Of a stretch of DNA of 64,000 bases, positions 35,029-45,594 are shown one piece after another. Position numbers and translations under genes: made by a program. The notes below the pieces were generated by a model. It made no database searches. It saw only the letters and a list, made by a program, of their open reading frames with translations, and was not told the DNA's origin. The DNA lies in assembly GCA_964187785.1 (NCBI GenBank), contig OZ076409.1, positions 31,002,001-31,066,000 on the forward strand, read 5' to 3'. The DNA is from Amphiscolops sp. MND2022 (lineage: Eukaryota). Each line of letters begins with the position of its first letter. Within the stretch, counting starts at the first letter, position 1.

Positions 35029-35246
35029 AGTGTTGCCGTTGCACGACAGTCACCAGATTGTGGCAATTCGGCTGACTGCGTGGCAGAAAGAAGTGCAAAA
35101 CGTGATCGATTGGTATACGAACGAACATAACAACTTCCACGTCATAGATGGACACATGTCCAAGTGGTGGATCCACCAAAAAAGCAAGGACATCGCTTTT
35201 CAGAGCGTACAGGCCACGCAGATTTACATGGACAAAGTGTATCAAG
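35029..35246 (+). CDS. AK9: Internal coding exon of an adenylate kinase 9-like host gene
   Basis: TTTAG acceptor (35027-28) and AAG/GTAT donor (35247). Translation VLPLHDSHQIVAIR...WYTNEHNNFHVIDGHMSKWWIH...QIYMDKVYQG resembles, from memory, the AK9 segment PLHNS.QI...EQHQNWYVIDGFHSKWWVW. Confidence 0.7.
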
Positions 35247-35281
35247 GTATCTTGGCCAAGTTTTTCCATTCGCCTTACATA

Positions 35282-36539
35282 CACTATGGTAGCAAAAAGC
35301 GACGTACAGCTGAAAATTAAATCTTATTCAGTTTGTGAAGAACTTTTCAATTTCATTCTCAACCGGAAGTGAAATCAATCACTCTTGAATTAAACATTGT
35401 TGAAAATGGTCAAACCTTTGGATTCATACGTTGTTTGCAAAATCGTTACATTTCGCGAAATGGGTTTATAATACAAAGAAATTAAAGAAAAGTTGGGTCT
35501 TAAATCTCGATCGACAGCTCAAACAGCTTATCAGCGTTTTTTGATAACGAACTCTTATGTGGCGAAAAAACCTCCAGGCTGGCCAGAAAAGCTCAGCAAA
35601 AAAGAGCAAAGACTAATAGTTCGAAGAGTGGAAAAAGACACAAAAACAACATTAGAACGAGTAAAAGTACTGCAAAACTCTTTTTCAACGTCAAAGACAG
35701 TTTCTAAATGTACTATTCGAAGAATCCTGAAGAAGTACAGAATTGTTTCTAGGAAAGCAAAGTAGTAAAAAAGTTCAACTTGAACAAAAAACAAAGACTG
35801 ATCAGAAAACGCTTGTGCTCGAGAATGTTGAAAAAGCCCCTTGGTTTTTATCCAGCGTTCTGAATTTTGGCTGGATGGAAACTAGGCTTCCGGGAAAACG
35901 TCGTATTCTCAGACGAAACCCGTGTGCGCTTGAATAGTGACGGCGTTGTGCGGGTGTTCAGGAAAACGGGTCGTCGCTTTTGCCCCAAAAACACCCAAGG
36001 AATACGCACGGACAAAAGATCTATGGGGGCCATCAGATCAGATGGTCGGAAAATGCTAATTAAATGTCCCGCAACACTTAACAGTTACGGATATTTGGAG
36101 ATTTTAAAGCAATTTGATCGACATTTGAATATACCGGATTTGGTGTTCCAGCAAGACAACGCCCCAGTACACAAAAGTGAAGTTGTTCGCAATTTTCTGG
36201 CCCAAAAGCAAGGGGAGGTGCTGGATTGGCCAGCTTACAGTCCTGACCTGAATCCTATTGAAAATGTTTGGGCCACTTTTTAAAAAAGCTTGCGAGGTCA
36301 GATTGTTACCTGGGAGAATTTAGAAGAAAAGGTTATGGAAGTGTGGAACAACATAAACCCTGATGTTGTTCGCAACTTGTACTCATCGTATAAGAATCGT
36401 CTGGTGAAGGTAATCAAAAACCATGGTAGTTTGACGGGATATTTATTTATTATTTGTTTCAACAGTTGTTTCAAGTTTTACTCTGTTCTGTTTTTTTTTA
36501 AAAAAATGTTGGTGTACGTAGCTTTTTGATACCATAGTG
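35282..36539 (+). mobile_element. Tc1/mariner DNA transposon, 1258 bp
   Basis: 27-bp TIRs CACTATGGTA(G/T)CAAAAAGC(G/T)ACGTACA with 2 mismatches; TA duplication at 35280-81 and 36540-41. Confidence 0.93.
35406..36445 (+). pseudogene. Tc1-family DD34E transposase, disrupted
   Basis: VVFSDETR, FQQDNAPVH and WPAYSPDLNPIENVW (34 residues between the second D and E); HTH-like N-part; stops and frameshifts. Confidence 0.9.
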
Positions 36540-37149
36540 TATATTCCAGATGAATGAGAATTTCATCCAATTGCTGAAAGGTCCAGCTAATAACTGTTCT
36601 ATTCTCAATAACTAAGCTCTAGATTAAAAGAAAGGCTCAAGATAATTTCTACAGTTCACTGACTATATCGTGGATACCATGAAGATGTAATGAAGTATCT
36701 AATTAAGTATGTAGCAGAGTTTTGTTTATCAATAAACGCCGTAGGCTAGACATACAGTTTTGTGAACCGAAACTCGGTAAAGGTCAAGCCGGAATGAACC
36801 GAATATGACAATAACACCGTTTTGAAATCACAAAGACACGTATAAAGTCTTCGCACTGTATGATCTCTGCTTCATTAAACCAACAAATGTACCACCCTGC
36901 ACAAAAGGTTGGTTCCCAGAAGATCTGTTTCTTTATCTCAAAACACTCTTTCATTGGTAGAAAGTCAAAGATCAGCAATAGATATTGGCTTGAAATTGAA
37001 CACTTCTTTAATAAACTATCCTATTTTCACACTTACCCCAAAACTCAAACCCGACTCTCCCGTTTTCAAGTCTCTCCGGAAAAAATAGTACACTAAAATC
37101 CATCCATTTAACCTGGTCTCAAAATCGTGACCTCTTTATCACTTCTAAA

Positions 37150-37790
37150 AAAGATTTAATATGCAAACCGGTAAACTCAACCCATCCAATTACTTCTGGT
37201 CATTTGAATCGAGGAGCAGTTTGATAGGTTAAGATTGGCGTGAGAAAATTACAGACAACTTCCGAAACAAGCGATTACCAACCGAATTACCAACCGAATC
37301 ATGGAAGCGATCGAGACACGAGATGGGCAGGTGATTGGTTGTGTTGCTGACAATGCTCGAAACACGCAATCTGCGCTAAGAATAATCACCCAGGAGAGAT
37401 GCAAGTGCGGTAACATTGGATTTATTCGTCTTTTGATTTCACTTATGGCAATTTGTTCGAAAATGTTGTTCTGAAAGCAGCAACGGCCAGTTTAGATTGA
37501 CTTGCAAGTGAAGGCACAGTGGAGCGATACAATCGTACCAGATGGACGGGAAGCTTCGAATTAATATCGAAATGCGTCTCGCACTATAAGGACTCAGCCT
37601 CTGATAGAGTCAGTCTTGGCTAAAGTGTCATTGCTCTGGATGTGCTGGCTGAACAAATTCTGATTTTGCAATCAGAGACTACCACTGCGCGAGATGCTAT
37701 GTCAAGTTTTGCTGAAATAAAGAAAAACCATTACGATACATATGACGCAACGAACTAGCAAGATCTTGCTAGTTCGCATAACAGCCAATA
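37150..37790 (+). pseudogene. Highly decayed hAT-like transposase fragment
   Basis: MEAIETRDGQVIGCVADNARNTQSAL (37300-) resembles the hAT 'VVTDNAxN' motif; RTRW at ~37534. Confidence 0.5.
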
Positions 37791-38040
37791 AAAAAGCGTC
37801 ATTATTTCAAATACGCGTTACGTGTTTTGCTCGTTACACGGTGTGATTTGGACTGTACACTATGCACTGTACAATTTCAGTGACTGAGCCAAAAGATCCT
37901 TTCTGAGAACGAAAAGTAAACACTGAAACACTTTCGAAAAACTTTGGTTAACGATCGCCCAAACAAGTGTTCTGGGAAAGTGCGGGTGCTTTTTTCCGCG
38001 CGACAACTCTCTCGTTTCAGCCCGAAACTCTCACAGTTCA

Positions 38041-38115
38041 GGCGTTCGTGGTATAGTAGTCAGATGCTTGCTTTTCAACCCAGAGGGTTCGTGTTCGAAC
38101 CGGTGCATATGCGCT
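38041..38115 (+). pseudogene. tRNA-derived sequence (Glu-TTC-like), probably part of a repeat
   Basis: A-box-like TGGTATAGTAGT, loop TTTTCAA, B-box GTTCGAACC; acceptor and anticodon stems pair poorly. Confidence 0.45.
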
Positions 38116-38689
38116 AATTTTTTTACAAGCATTCCGAACCAGAAGGTTTCCACTTTTTGGCACTATGAGACTTCCCTCTGCCCCTTTTCGGCTTTGAGAC
38201 TTTTTTGGAAATTTGTTAATGTCCCCAAAGGTTCTCAGTAGTGTTTAAAGTCGTATTTGACGCAAGGACGCAAGCTCCGGTCATTCGCTTAGCTCATTCC
38301 CGGCTTCTACATCTGATGTCATATTCTCTTTTATACACTACCTACGTAAGAAAAATACTTATACCAGCATGTGCAATATTTGAAATATTTGAATTGCGCA
38401 CGTTCGTAGCAGACGGTTGTCCAAACAATTCTCCTAGTCTGACCTTGAAGTGCAATTGGAACTGCACCAAAACTTTATTGTCATTTTTCTATATGCTTCG
38501 AAACCAAACGGCACAACATTCTAATCACATGGCTGAAGAAAAGAAATTAGCAAAGAGACTGAGCACGTTCAAGGAGTTTGATGAAGCTACAGAAGCTAGT
38601 TGCAGCGTTGTCTGAAGCTACAATGAACCAAATAGATTTGAAAGCAGCTAATGACGGCATGGATCACCTCTACAACACTTGTAAACAAA

Positions 38690-38897
38690 TACAGGTAAAC
38701 AAAACTGTTTAATCTAGTTTTAATATTAGTGCTCCTCGAGGATATAAAATTATAAACAATCCGACTACTCTTTTGTACAAAAAGATAACAAAACAAGATA
38801 AGACCAGATCCAATTTTTTCTTGAAGACTCCAACCACAATCCAGTAGATTTCAACAACGAGATACTAACATTCACAATTCAAATCCCCAAGATTTAA
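38690..38897 (+). pseudogene. Minor capsid (penton)-like C-terminal remnant
   Basis: LEDSNHNPVDFNNEILTFTIQIPKI* resembles the terminal strands of Polinton pentons. Confidence 0.45.
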
Positions 38898-38906
38898 TAT
38901 GAATAA

Positions 38907-39315
38907 ATGAGCTTCAATAATTTTAAAAGTAAGTCTTATTGTCTATTGTCTTGGTGGTAAACACTATTCTGCTACAACTAATACTCGTGGAGATATTACT
39001 CAAAATAAGAAAAACTGGCATACCAGTTAAACTCCTACGTGGTGTGTATGTAGCATGTAAAAGAACTAAATCCCTTATAGTATCTGATCAAACTATTGCA
39101 GCCGAGGGATTGGGTGTTTCTTTAAACATATTGGCAAAGCTGCAAAGAATGTTGGAAAGAAAATAATAAACAATCCTCGAAGAGCACTAGAACTCGCAGC
39201 AAACATTGGAACTGCAGCAGTAAAAATCCACGAATGATAGCTGCAACTGCTTCCGATTTTTTAAAATTTGTTCATCAAGGAAAGGGTTTATATTTGGGTA
39301 AATTTTATGGTTAAT
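38907..39315 (+). pseudogene. Small basic virion core-like protein with Zn-ribbon remnant and amphipathic G-x-G-x-F-F-K helix
   Basis: Frameshift-corrected reading ...AAEGLGxFFKHIGKAAKNVGKKIINNPRRALELAANIG...HQGKGLYLGK. Confidence 0.4.
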
Positions 39316-39991
39316 AATTGTATTCAATTCATAAACGTGATGATTCAGAAAATTTAAAAAAGTTGCAAGAAACAAAATCTTCTTTGAAAGCTTAAAGACT
39401 AAAGCAAAATCTCGGGAAGCAAGACGGTCATTACGATATGGAAGAAGTTTTTGAACTCGTTACTGAAAACCAGAAACAAAACCAAGCTAATTAACAAGAA
39501 CTTTCTGAAAAGCAAAAACAAGCGCTACGTGATTCTACTCAAACTACAACACAAGCAATCGAAAATCATGCCAGAGCAATAGAACACAGTAATGATATTT
39601 TAAATAATACTTTACAAAAATCTATTAAAGAAGGAAAACAAGAATATGATTTAACGAGTCGAAGACAGTTTCTAATTTGCTTAATGACAAAAACAAAAGT
39701 CAATTCAGCTTACAACCTGTTGAAGGAACTTCAAACTTATTCCTGATCAACCCCACTAATCCTCAACAAGTACTAATCAAACAGACCTTCATGACCTTCT
39801 TGAGTAACAACCATACATACGATTTAATTGATCCCGATTATTCATAACTTTTAACTAATACACAATTTGATAAAGAAATACAAAACGTGAACGCAATTTA
39901 TAGTTTTTTAAAAGACATGAAATATGATCTAAATTATGGAGATAAAAAACCAAGTAGATTTAATATAAATAAATATTAACTTCAACCCCAA

Positions 39992-40219
39992 TTGGGAATT
40001 GGATTAAATCAGTATGTCTTCCTCCGATCTGATCCAGATGAGCTTGTAGATCAACTAAAACTAATCGTGTTTGAAAAAGTAGGAGGAAATGACAATCCTA
40101 TGCTGAGCGAACAAATCGTAACAATTGCAGATAAACTCCTGGAATATGAATGCATTAGAACATATCAACACCAAAACATTGTTTCAGCTTTTACTAAAAA
40201 GGATCAGTTTGTGGATTAA
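39992..40219 (+). pseudogene. C-terminal part of a conserved Polinton structural-module protein
   Basis: DPDELVDQLKLI...GGNDN...EQIVTIADKL pattern recalled from Polinton proteins; upstream part (from ~39340) is broken. Confidence 0.45.
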
Positions 40220-40256
40220 AGATTTTATTCTCCGGATTAGATTCATTGCTTATTTT

Positions 40257-40800
40257 CTATTTATGCCCGTGTTTGTCTTCTAGCCTGTTTATTAATACAT
40301 AGTTATGTTTATCTTTCCATGCCTCTCTGCATAATTCTTTGAATTCGTCATAAGACATGTCAAAACCAGCAATGTCTGTATAAATGTGTTGTACATCTTT
40401 CAAGGTTTGTTGAAATAAAATTTTGATCTTACTATTATTGCGTATGGTGCGTTTAGGCAATTCGAAATATGATTGTGATAAATAAAAACATCTAAATCAT
40501 TATGTCTTCTCCTAGTAAAAATGGATCTTTTAATTTCTGATTGGAGTCTAACATATCATCAAATACTATACAACAATTTTGAAAATCTTTTTCTGTTCTA
40601 GATTCTAGATCTTCTTCCACTGAAACGTCTTCTAGTTGTATGGTATGTTCTCGTATTGTTCCGAAGATCTAGTTATTATATTTTTTGTTGTTCAGGGTTA
40701 TTCAAGCGAATTAGTTGTAATTTGTTTAATAACAAATAAATCTTACCACAGAATGAAGGACCAACTATTAATGTTCGATTTAATGCATCAGCCTCAGTTT
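40257..40800 (-). pseudogene. A32/FtsK-like DNA packaging ATPase, disrupted
   Basis: Minus strand: Walker A LIVGPSFCGK (~40743-40772), Walker B CCIVFDDMLDS (~40543-40575), RHN...SQSYFELPKRTIRNN. Confidence 0.85.
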
Positions 40801-41199
40801 TATGCGAATCGAATTTATTTACGTGGATGTTGTTTATATGCTTTTATAAATATTTCTTATTGAATTCACGGTCACAAAATTCACACCTCACGTTCTTATT
40901 GAAAGAACTTTTACACCTAATATGTACATCATTATTTTTATATTCATAGAATTCTTCTTGAGATTTAAAAATATTACACTCTTCACTTTTTTTAATATCA
41001 CAATTTAAACTCTTCATTTATTTAGTAAATTTCCTTTGTAAAATGAATCACCAAGACCATTTTTGGTCACTAAGAGTCACTAAGAATCACTAAGGTCACT
41101 AAGAGTCACTAAGACCCAACTCTTAGTGATAAAAATACCTTTCAACCTTTCTAAATTATTAAATTAACCTAAAACAAGAAATCGCTAAAGAAACATTCT

Positions 41200-42023
41200 C
41201 TCATGTAATAAAAAAGTCTGATCGCATCAAACTAATTCCCCATTATAAAGATGAATGTTGGAGTTTTGATCTGATAGATCTGATTCAAACTGGATGATCT
41301 ATCTAGCTTAGCGAAATACAACAAAAACTACAAGTTTATTTCTTGATTGACAATCATACTTAATATGCATGGGCGCTTCCTCTTAAAGATAAATCAGGAA
41401 AAATTTTAACAACTGCATTCACGAAACTCATAGAAACTAGTAAAAGAAAACCGCAAAATGTCTGGTCCGATAGAGGTAAAGAGTTTTTTTAATAAAACAT
41501 TTTTGGAGTTATCTAAACAAAATGAAATACAAATTTATTCAACTCACTCAGATTTGAAAGCTGTTTTTGTGGAACGTTTCAACTCACCATTATTAGATCT
41601 TATCAATGAACCATTGTATATTGAAGGTGAAGCTTGTTGGTTGAATCATATTAATAGTGCTTTGGATATGTATATTAATCGTGTGCATCATGCTATACGT
41701 ATTTCACCTTTTGAAGCTAGTAATGACAAACCAATATCTAGTCTAATACCCAGCAATAATAATAAATTACCTAAGTTCCAAGTTGGAGACTATGCAAGAG
41801 TTCCTGATGAAAGGAACATTTTTTCAAAAGGTTATACAACAAATTGGAATCGAGAATTTTTTAAAATGCATAAATTTAACCTAGTCACATATGGTTCATA
41901 AGACGAAAACAACGAACTAATGGAAGGAAAATTTAATGTACAAGAACTTCTAAGAAGTGTATTCAACTTTGAATCCTACCAAAAGGTGTTAGAAAGTATG
42001 AATGTTTTCCATCAATTTGAGTA
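41200..42023 (+). pseudogene. Polinton retroviral-type (rve) integrase, disrupted
   Basis: CWSFDLID, YAWALPLKDKSG, VWSDRGKEFFN, KAVFVERFN, FQVGDYARV...FSKGYTTNW across frameshifts. Confidence 0.88.
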
Positions 42024-42041
42024 ATTATACCTAAATAAATA

Positions 42042-42653
42042 ATGTCAATACATAAGCTTGGTTATAGTGCCGAGAGCCTACAAAAAGATAACATTGAGAA
42101 TTTAGAAAGAGAATTGGAATCACAAACCAAATTAATCAATTTAAAACTTAATGATATGTCTGATAAATTAGAAAAGTGTAATAGCCTACAAAATGTAGAA
42201 GAAATTAATTTTGACGACAGTGAAACCAAGGTAGTAGTCAATGCAAAGTTATTATTAGACATCAATGAAAATATAGAAGACTTGAAAATCAATGTGAAAT
42301 ACTTAGAACAAGATATAAAAAATAAATTATTAGAAACGAAAGAAGAAATAACTTTGGATGCTGTCAAGTTAGTGGAAGAACAACAAACCATTTTACGTAA
42401 TCACTTTGAGAGAAACTTTATTTCGGATTTGGAAAAATGTAAAAGTGATGCAGTCAAAGATACTATTCAATTACTATATCATAAAGGATTGTTTGACTCA
42501 TTTGAAACTAAAGACCAGTCGTATTTGACCTTTACAAACCATTACTTGCTTGAAAAATGCGGAACAGAAATAAAGACATCAGATGGTGTGTATTATTTAT
42601 CAGACTTGGACTATGCAACGAGAGAAGATATCGTGAAGTGCTTAAAAAAATAA
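42042..42653 (+). CDS. Polinton coiled-coil protein of unknown function, 203 aa
   Basis: Uninterrupted ORF with heptad-like L/E/K pattern. Confidence 0.55.
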   Translation: MSIHKLGYSAESLQKDNIENLERELESQTKLINLKLNDMSDKLEKCNSLQNVEEINFDDSETKVVVNAKLLLDINENIEDLKINVKYLEQDIKNKLLETKEEITLDAVKLVEEQQTILRNHFERNFISDLEKCKSDAVKDTIQLLYHKGLFDSFETKDQSYLTFTNHYLLEKCGTEIKTSDGVYYLSDLDYATREDIVKCLKK

Positions 42654-42734
42654 ATACAAAGATATAGATGACCATAAACATAGAATGGAACTAACCACGA
42701 GTGAAATCAATTTCATACTTTTTGAACTAAATAA

Positions 42735-43260
42735 ATGAGTGAAAAATTATATCCCAGTTTCCAACCACAAGCAGATAGTTTAAAGCAACACCTAAACCTC
42801 CGGTTAAAAAGAATAAATAGTTTTAATAATTCAATTCAAAATATAAAAGATCAAAAATTCTTATAATCATGAAACAAAAAAGAAAAGTAAACAATACAAG
42901 CTCATAAATTGTTTAATACAATCTGTTGATGGTGTTTTAGTACTTGCTGTATCATCAACATGTGTCACTCTCTGCATTACTGGAGTTGGACTTGTTGTTG
43001 TCCCCGTTGCTTGTCGTTTTGGCGCAGCTTTATGTATAATCAATAAGCTTCTTGGTGAGTACCTGAAAAGAGAAGAACTACACAATCTTAAAAAATATAC
43101 ACTTACTAGTAGAACACTACATGATTTCCGTAAACTACATTCAAAATGTTTAGAAGACAATAAAATCGATCTGAATGATTACAACAAACTAAAACAACCT
43201 TATGATACATACAAAACGAATAAAACTAAACTAAATTCTGGGTTTACTTTTTTAGGCTAG
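42735..43260 (+). pseudogene. Polinton small membrane protein, frameshifted
   Basis: Hydrophobic hairpin VDGVLVLAVSSTCVTLCITGVGLVVVPVAC.FGAALCII read on + strand. Confidence 0.45.
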
Positions 43261-43319
43261 CCCTATTTAGTAAAAACAATATAAGTATAAATTTTCAATC
43301 AATATTTTTTTCTATATGA

Positions 43320-44530
43320 ATGGAATTATTTTCTTTGATGAAAAAATATGCTCCCGGTAATCCAATTCATAAAATTGATTTTGTTGAATACTCGCCTAGT
43401 AGTTTAGTTACAATCAACAGCAATAATTCAAATCGTTCCATCATTTTCCCAAGAAAAGATGCCTATATTTGTTTACAAACTCATACATTAGTCTAGAATT
43501 TGAAGTTCTTAAAAACGATAACACACGCTACGTAGACAACGACCAAATAAGCTTGGTCAACTTTGGGACTGTTGCTTCATTTAGTGAAGCTAAACGTGTG
43601 ACACCATGAGGAAAGCATCTAGAGAAAGTTGATAACCTACACCGAGTATGTTTAATGTACAAGCTTTGGACTAGCAACCAACAAACAAGTCAATTGATGT
43701 ACGGATTTGAAGAATCAGAAAACACCAGGCGATTAGATTTAACAAACCACAAAACAGAAAAAGGAACCTTTTTTGTGAGAATAAATTTAAAAGATATGTT
43801 CGGATTTGCTGATCAGGAAAAAATAACCTATGGATTGGGTTATTCTCTGACGTTAAAACGTAATAATAACGACTCTATCATCAGGGATAATGGTGTAGAT
43901 GTGCAAAAGTAGATATAAAAGATATTGCTATGTACCCAGTATGGAAAACCAACAACTTGCCTTTAATCAAATATTAGATAAAGACCCAACCGGGTTGTAT
44001 TATATAGACCAAACTGTCTTTAGAAAAGATGTTAACACCAATAATAATTGGAAGTTTGAATTAGGCAACAGTGGAGAATCGACACCAACATACGTGGTAG
44101 TTGGATTTCAAGCTAGAAATAAAATTGATTCACAAACAAATAACAACTCAACATTCGATCGACTTTCGGTTAGTTATGCAGTTTGTAGAATAGGATCTGA
44201 AAAATATCCCGATGGTGGAATAGATTGTGACTACGATCGCGATAAGTACGATCAAGCTTAATATGAAATCGAAAACTTCGATAACTTACATTCTGAAACG
44301 AATCTACTCAATCCGTTCATCAGTTTGCAAAAATTCCGAACAGAAAATATTTTCTATGTGTTCGATTTATCCAAACAAAAATAGCATCTCAACTTATTAG
44401 ATTAGGATTTAGTGCCACGTTTATTGTAGCAGATGATGTAGCTTATGCCCTTGTACTAACTTCCAAGTTAATAAGTATTAGTAGTGACGGACAAAGACAC
44501 TTTGATATTTTACGTCGAATCATGGAATGA
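43320..44530 (+). pseudogene. Double jelly-roll major capsid protein, disrupted
   Basis: Fragments ISLEFEV, LKDMFGFA..KITYGLGYSLTLKRN, PTYVVVGFQ, IGSEKYP and YVFDLSKQ match the remembered pattern of Polinton/adintovirus MCPs. Confidence 0.7.
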
Positions 44531-44840
44531 AAATAAGAAAAACATACTCATCAATATAAAAACATTAGATAAAAACTCATCTGTAATTAAAAAATTCAAT
44601 TTTTTTTGAAATAAATAATTTATAAGAAATGAAGTACGTAAATAATAAATTTTACACTGAAGTTGATAATCCAAAGTACATTATCAATGATGGAATAATT
44701 TTAAGAGAAACAACCACTCCAAAGTCACTGAAAACAAAATATGAAATTATGAATGGTGTTACACTAGAGAAAAATTCAAATATAATTGAATTAGATGACG
44801 GATCTCTCCAAATTGTTGATTAAAAAAAACGCAAATATAG

Positions 44841-45248
44841 ATGAAGAAATTATTGAGATATGCTACCTTGTGTGGGAGATGTAATAGAAACGCTCTACTA
44901 GAATATCAGTATGAATTCGTTTGTTATGTATGTGAATTTAATGTGAAAAGAAAAAACGAATTATCAAAATTTCAAAGAAAAAAGAGTACCAGTTTCAAAG
45001 GGAGAATAACATATGCAACTCCAAATATTATTGGTATTTGTATGGAAGTTAATTTGTTAACCCAAACGATTACCTTAGACGTCATCGGTACTTTTCTAGC
45101 TTACCTTAATCAGAAGAAATTAAATGTTATAGAAGAAATCCTAAAAATGTTTGATGATTTGCCTGATGATTTTGAAACTAATGCCCTTATACGGAAAGCT
45201 GGAGGAATACATAAAGCTTGCAATTATGCTTTAAGGATGATGAAGTGA
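44841..45248 (+). CDS. Polinton ORF with CxxC...CxxC zinc-binding motif, 135 aa
   Basis: CGRC...CYVC in an open ORF. Confidence 0.4.
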   Translation: MKKLLRYATLCGRCNRNALLEYQYEFVCYVCEFNVKRKNELSKFQRKKSTSFKGRITYATPNIIGICMEVNLLTQTITLDVIGTFLAYLNQKKLNVIEEILKMFDDLPDDFETNALIRKAGGIHKACNYALRMMK

Positions 45249-45594
45249 TTGATTTCATCTAGGTATTATGAGAATGTTAATTATTATGACTTGAGTGCTA
45301 CTGCTTTAACTTTCATGAGAGGTGAAAAGTTGTATATAACAAAGGAACTTTTTACACTAGTAAATGGGTGAAAGTGAGGGTGAAACAATATGTTCAGACA
45401 GTTGGATCTCCGAAGACGAAAGTTTGCATAGCTCAGATAAAGATTTTTTCCATGACTCTGAAACTGAAGATTCAGAATCTGAAACTAAGACTGAAGAGCA
45501 TGTTCCAGAATACAAAAAAAAATTAAAAAAATTAGAGATTAATATTAAAATTTAAAAATAAGAAAAAACAATTCAAGTAATCATTCCCTAATAA

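Noticed and set aside
35030..35320. 96-aa ORF as a complete gene
   Set aside because: Similarity stops at the GT donor (35247); the tail runs into intron and the Tc1 TIR.
38041..38115. Functional tRNA-Glu gene
   Set aside because: Acceptor and anticodon stems do not pair properly; treated as a tRNA-derived repeat.
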